From Anthoceros angustus (taxonomy: Eukaryota; Plantae; Anthocerotophyta): a stretch of 64,000 nucleotides of DNA. The position numbers were made by a program, and so were the translations under genes. How positions within the stretch are numbered: the first letter of the stretch is position 1; each line of letters opens with the position of its first letter. The notes beneath the pieces were generated by a model. The model saw only the letters and a list, made by a program, of their open reading frames with translations. It did no database searches and was not told where the DNA came from. Of the stretch, positions 38,943-49,876 are shown piece after piece. Location: contig MU008155.1 of assembly GCA_010909165.1 (NCBI GenBank), positions 186,001 to 250,000 of the forward strand, read 5' to 3'.

Positions 38943-41900
38943 TGTCGTGCGAGGTCAAGGTGTCCCGAGTATGCTTGGTCTTGGACCGGTACTGGCTTGC
39001 GCTTGGGACCCCATCGAGTGGTTGCACCCAGGACCTGTCCCGGGTATCCGCGCTGGGACTGTCCCGAGTATGGCCGCCCTTGGGACTATCCTGATCCACG
39101 CTTGGATCGGTATGGTATGGGACTATCCCGTATCCGCTTGGGGCTGTCCAGGATGGCTGCCTGTCACCACATTAGCGTTGAGGTTCTCCTTCTCACCATG
39201 GATCGCCAATTGTGCCATCCGCATCAAAAACAGTTCTCTTGTTCCCAAAATCATGCGCTTTGCGTTGAAGATCGCTGCTGAATGTAGCGGGGCCTCACCG
39301 ATTGTGAGGCTGGCGGTCTGAAATCGCCCCTGCACGCGGATCGCCTCCCAAGTTCGATCCCAAGGAAAACATCAACACATTCCACACACCAGATTCCCGA
39401 AATTGCAATGCTTCCCTCCTTACACGCTCTGGGCGACTTTTACAATGGGCGCCCTCCCTCCTTTTGTCCAGCGTCCATCTCAATCTCAGATTCACTTGGC
39501 AGTTGGTCCCTTGCTTCCCATGATTTCAGCCTCAGACCCTTGGTGTGTGAGTCATCATGGTGTCCTTCACCAGCACTTCTAGGGTACCTCACGGCCAACC
39601 TAGGTCAACTCCTAGGTGTTGTTAATGAAACAAACTAAGCACACCTGAAACAAATGTGAATGTGTTAGTTTGGTTGGTCAAATATATATACCCTTTAAGC
39701 AACTACCCCTAGCCTATCTCAACAAAAGGAAAATAAGGCTAAGGTAAGTAAGTAGTAGGTCCTAAGACAGCCTCAAGTTGCTGGGACTGAGAGTGTCCTG
39801 GGACGTTGGGCCTGAGTGAGTCCCGGGACGTCGGGACTGGGAGAGTCCCGGGACGCCGGGACTGAGCCCATCTCTAGTCACCCTGCACATCCGCTGTCTC
39901 TAAGTTTGTTTTTGCGACAGCTCGTCAAGGTGTCCAGTATGCTTGGTACTGGGACTGTCTGCTTGGGACTGTCAGTATGGCTGCACTTGGGACTGTCCAG
40001 TATGCACCTTGGGACTATCCTGTATCCAGCTTGGGACTGTCCAGTATGGCTGCCCTTGGACTATCCCCTGCGCTTGGGACTGTCCCGAGGATGGCTGCCC
40101 TGTCACCACATTAGCAGCGTGAGGTTCTCCTTCTCACCATGGACTGCTAATTGTGCCAGTCCGCATCAAAAAGAGTTCTCTTGTTCCCCAGCTGTTTGGG
40201 TCTGGATGATAAGTGCCCCTAGCGGGTGTTGACGCGCTGTGCAGTACCACAACTGGTCGGGCACCTCGGACGGGGGTGGAGTCAAGCGACAGATGGTATC
40301 CTCCGTTAGCCATCGCACAGCAGCATCAAGTCTGAATCATCGCGCTGGCATACTTGACATGGGTAATCTGCTGGAATCGGCGGTGACAATGGTGGGATCA
40401 AGATTTGGGAGGTGGCAGGCGCACAATTCTTCGTGTGGTGGTTGTGCGCCCATCAGCTCCTTGCAACAACAGGACCCCATTGGGTCTAACCTCCTTGACC
40501 CATGCTGTACATGGTGGTGTCCAAGGTATCCTGGGTTTGCCTGTAAGTAGATGAAGTCCCCACCTGAAATCTCTTTAGCTTGGGGCTACTACCACTTGAG
40601 TGTGGGCATAGCGGAGGGTGTCTCGATGCTGAGCAATGCGCAAATTGGCCATGGCCATAGGCATTGCTTGGCGAAAGAGAGCAGCCCGCTGTCCAATGAC
40701 TCGAGCCCTGCTGGGTCATCCAAGTCCACCACCTCGATACATTTGCTTGGCAATGGAACTAGGGGCAGTGGCTCCTTCCAAACAGCAAGTAGAAAGTGAA
40801 GTGAGCGAGCGGCATGCTTGCTCATACGGTATCCCATGGCAATATATGGGAGTGACAGATCCCACTCGGTCTTGGGCAACTGTAGACAGAGTTTCCTGAG
40901 CCCCTTCTTGATGGTCTGAACCATCCGCTCCAAACCATCAGCTTGAGGGTGGTCCCGACTGGTTCGGCGGTGATCAATGAGGGGCTGCGTCCAGCAGATC
41001 CTGAAACTCCCCGAACTCTAACCTTGGTCTGTCAAACACTCGGCAACTGCCGAATCGTCCCAACACATTCTGTAGGAAAGCGCTGTGCTACGCGAGGTCT
41101 TGTCGGGCAGCGCCACCTCTACCCACTTGGAAAAATGCTCCATCATGACAAGGATGTATACATTCCGCTGGGTGTTCTGGGTAACTCCCGATCAAATCAC
41201 ACGACCATCTGAAAAACAGCCCCATGATCGACGGGGGTGGAGTTGGGGTGCTGAGTGAAGGACGTCTTCACCCTGTCACATTCCTCGCAGCAGGCCACCT
41301 GTTGCTTGACTTGAGTGCATACCGTACCAATAGAAATGAGGCACCAGCAGGCTGTAAGTGCGCTTGACTCAAAGTGCCCCATGTCATTGTGCACTCGATG
41401 GATCTGCTCGGTCAGTCGCGGTGGACAAGACGATCCACTCCATTTGGCAGCTTTCGTAGCAGCTGACCATCTCGCCAGTAGTAGAGAAGTGCTCGCTGTA
41501 CTGCTCTGTATCCATGGTCGGATTCAACTGTCCAGTCTGCAAGAAGGTCAGCAAGTGGGAATCCTCCCACATCCTTGGGCCGCGTTTGTCTCCACTGCCC
41601 ACCTCCAACTGTCCAAGACAGCTCATACCAGGCGCGCTGAAAATATCAGCGTCGCTGGGATCAGCATCTTGCCTTGCTTCAGTTGCATCCTCACAACTGT
41701 CACTGGGATTCCGGGACAGCATGTCGGCATTCTGGTGTTTGATTCCCGGCCGGTGGACAACTTGAAACTCATAATCTTGCAGAATCATGGCCCACCTGGC
41801 CAGCTTCCCGCTGAGCTTGGTGTTGGTCATCAGCCACTTGAGAGGCTGATGGTCAGTGACTAGCGTGAAGGGTTTACCATAGAGGTAGGGCCGGAAATGG

Positions 41901-42856
41901 CAACCGCGGCCTTGCATTCCCCTTGGTAACTGCTGTAATTTGCTTCAGCCCGATTGTTGCTGCGAGAGGCATAGGCAATCACCCTCTCCTGTCCTTCCTC
42001 ATCTAGCTGAGCCAGCACGGCTCAAGCCCCAAAATGCTCCAGTCGGTGTGCACGACGAACGGCTTCTCAAAATCAGGCCTAGCCATGACAGGAGCTTGTC
42101 AGGAGCCTTCAGCAAATCGAAGGCCTGCTGTTTGTCCTCTGTCCAGCTCCAAATGACGTCCTTGCGTAGCAGGTCGTTGAGGGGCTTGGCAATCCGGCTA
42201 AAACCTTGGATGTAGACTCGGTAGTAATTACATAGTCCCAAGAAGGCCCGCGCCGACACATTTGTAGGCTCCTTGACCTGCAAGATGGCCTGCACCTTGG
42301 CTGAGTGTGGCATCACCCTTTGGGCACGATTCGGTGTCCAAGATACGCATAGCATATCTGCCGAATTCACACTTAGCCGGGTGGCATGTCAGCTGTGCTT
42401 TTCTCAAGCGCTGAAACAGGTCCTCCAGGTGGACCAGATGTGACTCAAAGTCCACGCTGTGAACAAGCACATCGTCAATGTAACACACCAAGTTGGCAGA
42501 CCCCAAGCACTATGTCCATGGCCATGAAAAGTGACTGGTGCATTCTTGAAACCAAAAGGCATAACCAGCCACTCCCACAGTTGCTGAGAACCATGGAAAG
42601 CGGTCTTCTTGATGTCCTCCTCAGCCACTGGAACCTGGTTAAAGCCTTGCCGGAGGTCAAGTATGGAGAAGAAGGTTGAGTTGCCAATGCTGTCGAAAAT
42701 CTCCTCGGGTCGGCATTGGGCACCGATCCTGGGCGTGACAGCATTGATGGGACGGTAGTCCCCACACATCCTTCTCTCCATAGGCCATTGTTGTCCTTCT
42801 TAGGTGGCATGACCGTGGCAGCTGCATAGTCCGAGTGTGAAGGACCGGATGAGCCC
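38943..42856 (-). mobile_element. Older DNMT-gypsy element, 3' half: RT, RNase H, integrase, PHD and terminal repeats B1-A2-B2
   Basis: YAAATVMPPKKD, RMCGDYRPIN, MPFGFKNAP, YIDD, TDHQPL, HNDMGHF, ERMVQTIK; PHD remnant at about 40235-40345; repeats 40188-39920 and 39246-38943; ends ...CGCACGACA. Confidence 0.9.
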
Positions 42857-43738
42857 TATCGAGGAGGTTGCCAAGGCCTGCATGGTACATGGCGCCCACG
42901 GTAGGACAGCGGGCCCCAGCCCATGGGACATGGTAGCCCAGCGACAGCAGGGTCGGTATGGTACATGGTCCACAGCCGGAATGCCGGGGCTGTCCAGCCA
43001 TGGGACATGCGATCCAATGGCCGGGGATGCTCGACCATGGGACATGGCGATCCACCGGGCTGAGATTGGGCCACCATGGGACATTGAGCGGGCTGCCACC
43101 ATGGGACATGGCGATCCATCAGCTGACCGCCGGACCGTCGCGACCACCATTTCAACGATCAAACACAAGGACTAAGGTGCGCACTAAAAGAATGTGAAGT
43201 TGATGTATGTTTGTTTTATAAACTACGTCTAGTTGGTCATTTTTGTTAACCAAGAACATGTCTTTATTTTGATTGGCCCATAGTCCAAGGATGCATTTCT
43301 TTTAAATACTCGTTCTAGAAAATAGATCCGTTATGAGCGGATAAGTAGGTCAAGAATAGCTGCTTAGCTATAGGTGTGAAAGGGCTAAGTAGGCAAATGC
43401 TGCGTGTGTTCAACGTGGAGAGGAAGAACCAAGGCGTGAGCCGTTGCATCATGGCGCAAGCGGTGGAGGGGGAAGCGGGCGTGAGGATGATGACCAGCGT
43501 GAGGATGAGGACCGCGAGGCGAGGATCGAGGTTTGATCTTAATCGCGCTGGGCTACTTTATTGGGAACCAAAGCACTTTGTGAATCTGCGCAATCCATGA
43601 ATCAAATCGTGTAGTCTGCGGATTTGCTCCTGTGTCTCCCGCTGCGGCGTAAGGCGTGATTCTGGACTCCCCAGCCAGCGCTGGCTGGCCAAGGAAGCTT
43701 CAAGAAAACCACGATTTACACCCATTGGGCAAATCTCG
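42857..43738 (+). repeat. Terminal repeat A1
   Basis: Homologous to 54770-55592: TATCGAGG start, CCATGGGACATG array, TTTGATTGGCCCATAGTCCAAGGAT, AGATCCGTTATGAGCGGATAA. Confidence 0.85.
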
Positions 43739-44830
43739 GCATTTCGGTGATCTTCGGGACGCTTCTCCAATCCGGGCGGCGATATTCTAGGCGCCTCCCC
43801 ACCTAGCGGCGCCATTCAGGGCGAGGACGCTGTTGTTGGGCGATTCTGACATCAACGCGTCTTTTCCAGCCCAATCCACGTGGCATTGCAGTCTGGGATT
43901 TGTGAGCTAAGGGCGACGTCCTCCATGTACCCGATCACTCCCCAGATTGCAGATCTTGCATCCAGTCCTAGCTTAGGCGGGCTACAGCCTTGTGCAATGC
44001 TAGGGACAAAATCCGTGAGTTCTTGTTCATTTTTCAATTCGAGCTTAGCATTCGGGATCTCTAGCTTGGGTGGGTTGCTGACTTTGCCAGACTAGAGGCA
44101 GATCCTACTTGCCCCACTTCCCATCTCCATCAAGGATCGGGGAGGCAGCAAGTGCGGCTTGGCAATTTGACATTTCAATCATTCAATCGCAGATCATTTG
44201 AGCTGTAGGCGTTGCTAGGAACAAGCTAGTCACGATGGCTACAGAACCTCACGAAATTCAAGCACTGTAGAGTGAGGATATTTTGGCTGACCTCTAGGTC
44301 CTAGGACATCCCATATTCGGGATCGTCATGCGAGATGGAGAGTCCCAGCAAAGGACATTACATCCCCTGGGGCCCACTGGAAGGAGCTTTCACACGGGCT
44401 TGAAACAGCAGGAGGCGGGTTGTCCTTGGGAGCTTCTTTGCTTCCCATCTTTTTGGGGGTGACTCACTGACCTCGTGTTTTGCTCACATGGGTGATGCAC
44501 CCTGAAGGACATGAGACCAGTCCTCGCTACCGTTTGAGAACGCGGGATATCCAGCAGCGGACCACCCCCGAGCGGGTACAGGCCAGAAGGAGGCGTTCTT
44601 TTCAACACCAGCAGCAAGCACAGGAGGAGTTGGCAAGCGGTTTACAGGAGCCTGGCACGCCACCTGCCACCTTGGAGACAGCAACCAGCTGGTCTCCATT
44701 TGCAGATCTCAACACCGGCAAAGAATCATCCGACTCCTTGCCGGGAGATCAGCCGGGACAAACTTGTCCCAATTTGAGCCTTACAGAGACAAGATCAGAA
44801 TCAGCTGATCTTTCGGAGGATTCGGACACC

Positions 44831-46200
44831 ATGGAAGGTGGAGGACCCTCATACAGGCAGGACAGATTTTCCGGGAGGCCGGGCACTCAGTCGCTGCGAG
44901 ATTTTTGGCTATTCCTCAACGCTATCATCAGCCGGGTCAGGTTCAAGCATGGCGCCGCTTACAATCACCAGTACATGTTTGAACAGCTTTCAAGCTACTT
45001 GGCGGACGAGGCGCTGGATTTGTATGAGGCACATCAAGCTGATTTGTCTTCTACCATCTCCACGGTGAATCCCCAGTTTCAAGGAGCTGCAGCTTGCCTA
45101 CAATGGCAAGTTGGCCACGGCTGTGAGTGCCCACCAGGCTAAGATTGCTGCTGGGACAGTCGCAGCCACCGTTCAGCCACCATCTGTGGTGAGTCTAACT
45201 GCTGCTGAGAGGGTGGCAGCCACGATTGGGGTCCCGGAGTTCATCCAAACTCCCAAGTACCTCAATCCGGTGGAGGAGTTCATGGCCATCCTTGAGAAGG
45301 CGTTTCCGCTCAAGACTCCGAGAAAATAGATGAGCTGGCCAGTCGCAAGAAGGGTGAGACTGTCCAGATGACCTTTCGCAGCTCCAGGCTGCGAGAAACC
45401 TTGGGATGTTGACTGACCAAGAGGCAGAAGTTTCTTCTACGTTGGAGGAGATCCATTGTTCCACTTTCAACTTGTCACCTCTTTGGTGGACAAGTATGGG
45501 GACAGCTACACCCTGGAATAGGTCCATGAAGAAGCGGAGCGCAAGGAAATCGCATTTTCAGCGTATGCTTCTCGACACTCCAAGGCCTTCACGCACTATC
45601 AAAGCATGTTTTCCAGCAAGGGGAACACATCTGGAGGCGAGGGATCAAGGGTTTCCAAGCCCATTCAGGCCAGGCCAGTCAAGTCAACAGCCATAGCCAC
45701 CTCCACAGCGCTGTGCAATCGCTATGGCAACCCGGATCATTTGGCTCCGGCGTGCAAGCTTCCTGTGGAAGGTTTGCATTGTTCCCATTGCAACAAGACT
45801 GGCCATTTGGTTACAATCTGTTTCCAGAAGCATCCGGAGCGCAGATATCAGCAAGGACAGTCCACACCTTCAGCCGGGACTCCCACAACAGCCGCTGGCA
45901 GTTCAAATGCGTCGAAGGGCCGATCACAGCGGAATGGGGCCAAGGCCAAGGGAGCGGCTAACGCTGACAAGATTGCCGCATTGGAGGCAGCAGTGGCAGC
46001 ACTTACAGCTCAGCTGGGAGCCCAGGCTGCCAGTGGCAGCACCTCCACCTCCAAGCCCGCCGGGACAGCCATTTTGGCACCCCGCTGTGAGGAGGGAGAG
46101 GAGGATTATGGCCTGCCACATGAGGCCTGTACTGTCCACTGTCTTGTGGATTCCACGCCTGATTCAGTCCTACCCGCCACATGGGTAGGATGTGACTTGA
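44831..46200 (+). pseudogene. gag: gag with two zinc knuckles, frameshifted
   Basis: MEGGGPSYRQDRFSG...; CNRYGNPDHLAPAC and CSHCNKTGHLVTIC. Confidence 0.75.
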
Positions 46201-47079
46201 AGAAGGCGCATTTGGATGTTGCAGCTGGGGATGCTGATCCCCTTACTCGGCAACAAAGAGCGAGGGCTGCCATGCCTAGATCCTTTGCTCCGCTGCCGCC
46301 AGGCGTGGCCATCCCTGTTCGTGGACAGGATCATCTGGATGGAGCGCCGAGTGAGCAGCCTCCACATTCGAGTCATGGGGCACCGCCGAATGTGCGCGCG
46401 CATCTACCACCGGCGTACACCCCGACCTTGATCATGCGCAAGGTGTTGGAGACTCCTTTGATCTCCCTCCAGGACATGGGAGTTGGGCGTGCTCAGTTAC
46501 AGCAGGTGCTGGGCTTGGCAACAGCTGAAGTCTCCGGCATCCCATACTGGACTGGAGAGTCAGCCCGGACACTCTGTCCCATGCATGGGGCTGCTGGGGA
46601 CACCTCAGCGGCACACCACAGCTCCATGTTCAGAGCTGTCGGAGCTTGGGATTCTCCAGTCCCATACTCGGACAGCGGTGGAGTCTCAACACGGGACTTC
46701 GCAGTCCCATACTCAGGACTGCCGAGGGAATCTCAGCCTTGGTCCTCAACAGTCCACACAGGACTGGTCCCAATGCCAAGCACCTTCAGCTCCATGCCAA
46801 GGACTGCGAGAAACCCATCACGGACTCTGCAGTCCCATACTCGGACAGCCCGGGGCGGTGGATCCACATGGGCAGCCTCACGACGTTTCAGGCTGGGTAT
46901 TGCCCACCACCATCGACCATGTTACGATGGTGGGAGTGGCAGGCAGGCCACCCAGCCATGAGGAGGGCCAGCCACTTGGAGGCGGCGCGCCTGCGTCGGG
47001 AGTACTAGCACCTCGCATTCAGCCCACCAATCGCATGAATGTGCGAGTGAGCAATGCCATGGTGGACAATAGGGAAGGC

Positions 47080-47470
47080 CATGTCACGGTGAATGGCTAT
47101 GCTCCCAAGCTTGTGCTCTTGGACACGGGGCACAGCCCGTGATCATTGGCAAGGCTCTCGCCGCTAGGTTGAACTTGCAGGGAACGGCACTCCGCCATTC
47201 ACCCTGGAACATCAGGACAGCCTCTGGCGCTGTGGAACCTGTGTGTGGAGAGACTGTTCAGCCACTGGCCATCACGCTCAAGCCCGGGACAGCCGCTGCC
47301 ATGACATTGGCCATTCATTGCCTTGTCACGACAGCTGCTAACTACGATGTCCTTCTCGGACAGGAGTTTTTGTTTCCACCCGGCATCAGCGTGGACAATT
47401 GGACAGAGCAAGCTCACTATCGCCCCGATTGGCGTAGTGGAGGTCAGCAAGTGGCGCACTTTCCCTTGAA
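47080..47470 (+). pseudogene. Retropepsin aspartic protease domain
   Basis: LVLLDTG ... IRTASG ... YDVLLGQEFL. Confidence 0.85.
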
Positions 47471-47781
47471 TCTGCATGGCGGATTGGACAGGCCACTGTC
47501 CTAGCTACTCCAGTCCTTATGGCGACCAGGCTGTCCCGGTGCTCCCCGACGGCCCGGCATTTGAGTGACATCTGGAGCTTGCCGACTTGGATCCGGATCA
47601 CGAGGCCGACCATTTGGTCACAGCTGCCAGACACTCCACCATCATTCAAGTGTGACCTGGTTCAGCAAGCTCTTCCACGAGTGCAGCAAGCTCTGCGCAG
47701 CACTCCCCTTGGGACAGGCATCCTCCACCACGGTGAGCCAGCAGATCATCACGTGGGACGGCGCCCACTTCTGGCATTACT

Positions 47782-48700
47782 TTGCTGGAACTGTTTGGGG
47801 GTATTTGCACAGGTCTGGAGGCTCTTTTGCTGAATGGCATCTTGGTCAGTCGTTACATTTACTATGACCGTTGTCCCAAGGCGCAATGCATTGCTGCTTT
47901 TCGCCTTCAGGAGCTGCGGCAGCGATTCCCTTCACTACTCCCCGCCACTGCTATCTTAGGCACCTTTTCTACAGTGCCCCAAGACATCCAGTGTTGCGGT
48001 ACATTACTCAGCTCAGCCCCCATCCACTTCGTGATTGCGGGATGGGAATGCCAAGGATTTTCTCAAGCCGGCACAGGGGGAGGATTACAAGATCCACGAA
48101 CCGCCTTGTTTTGGGACCTTCACCGCATCTTGGTGGATGTTCAGCACTTCAGCCCTGGCTGCGCTTACTTGCTGGAGAACACCCGGCGCAGCTGGACACT
48201 CGGCTGCAAGTTCGCCAAGACATGGCCATCATCCAGCAGCATGTGGGCACGCCCTTGCTCATGGATGCTGTCCAGGTTGGCAGTTTCGCTCATCGCCTGC
48301 GAAACTATTGGACCAACCTGGCCCCTCAACCTTTGCTAGAGTTGGTGGTCACCCGCACTACTCGGGACCCCACTCTCAAGCTCTCCAATGTGTTGGACCC
48401 TTGGCATCAGCCACGGGCTGTGACAGGTGCCGAGCGTGCACCTTGGTACCGCACCAACACGCAGACCGGCCCCTTCCCACCCTAGTGAGCTTTCCTGGCT
48501 CCTATGCCTACAGGGGACAAGGGGCAGGTCTGCTATTCAACAGCAACACCCACCAGTGGGAGAGAGCCCAATGTGGAGGCGGGAGCGTCATGGGTTTCCA
48601 CACCCATGCCTGCAGCCCCAAGTTGCGTCACGGGCCGCCTTGGGCCGCGCTATGGATCTGTCAGCCCTCACTTGGCTCATCAGCATATGTCTGGCCTTTC
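47782..48700 (+). CDS. C5 DNA cytosine methyltransferase domain, DNMT3-like, inside pol; frameshifts in this assembly
   Basis: Motif I LELFGGICTG, IV GWECQGFS, VI YLLEN, VIII AHRLRNYWTN, X ALGRAMDL, in canonical order. Confidence 0.9.
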
Positions 48701-48979
48701 AGCTGTTGGCATTCCGCGAGCTCCCACCGCCCAGGTCCTTTTCCCACATCTGCGGCGTCCATTTGCCCTTCCCGGATACACCACTGGTCATATTGGCTTG
48801 ATGCGAGGCGGTGGCATGGCCATCCCGATCATTCTCAGCATCAAGCTCGTGGACATGGGAATCAGGGCGGTCAGTATGGGACCGTCCGAGTATGAGTATG
48901 GGACAGTCCCGGAGTAGGGACTCCCAATTCACAGCCAGCACCCAAGCCTCGCTTATGTGCTGAGACTTTCGATTGGGTC

Positions 48980-49876
48980 ATGGGGCCCCAACTCACAACG
49001 GGGCAGAAAGCACAGATACATGCCCTTTTGCTCCAATACCAGGACTGTTTTGCCTTCTCCATGCGGGAATTGAAGCGATGCAATGTGACCACCTTCCGCA
49101 TCAATCTGACCAGCAAGGAGCCTATCTACAGGAGGCGCTACAGGCTCAGCAAAACTGAGTGGGACATGGTGGATGCACGCTGTCAAGAGTTGCTTGAAGC
49201 CGGGCTCATTCGCCCCTCTAGCTGCGACTATGCTGCTGCCACAGTGATGCCTCCCAAGAAGGACAGCAACGGAATGTGGACAGAGAAGAGGATGTGCGGA
49301 GACTACCGTCCTATCAACGCGGTGACAGCCCAGGATCGGTACCCCATGCCAACGCCGGAGGAGATCTTCGACAACATTGGCAAGTCTACCTACTTCTCGA
49401 TTTTGGATTTGCGTCAAGGCTTCAACCAGGTGCCTGTTGCTGAAGAGGACATCAAGAAGACAGCCTTCCACGGCTCTCAGCTGTGGGAATGGCTGGTGAT
49501 GCCCTTTGGCTTCAAGAACGCGCCGGTGACTTTCCAGCGCGTAATGGACATAGTACTTGCAGGTTCAGCGAACCTCATGTGCTACATTGATGATGTCCTG
49601 GTCCACAGCGAGGACTTTGAGTCTCATTTGGTGCACCTGGAAGATCTGTTCAAGAGATTGCGAAAGGCGCAATTGACATGTCACCCGGCCAAGTGTGAAT
49701 TTGGCATGGACACCGTGGCATACCTTGGTCACAGTTGTGCCGCGGCGTCATGCCTCATGCTGCCAAGGTACAGGCCATCTTGCAGTGCGAGCCCACAAAC
49801 CTCTCGCCTGCGAGCTTTCCTCGGCCTATGCAACTATTACCGAGTATACATTCGGGACTTCACCGAATTGCCAAGC
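48980..49876 (+). CDS. Ty3/gypsy reverse transcriptase domain (first, least damaged copy)
   Basis: RMCGDYRPIN, YPMP, LDLRQGFNQV, MPFGFKNAP, CYIDDVLV, KCEF, FLGLCNYYR. Confidence 0.97.

Noticed and set aside
38943-39094. C-terminal part of ORF 38387..39094 as real protein
   Set aside because: Read-through into the gypsy B2 repeat after the insertion point at 38943.
47782-48700. Bacterial restriction-modification or host DNMT gene
   Set aside because: Intronless, collinear within pol, present at the same position in two elements, and no endonuclease nearby.
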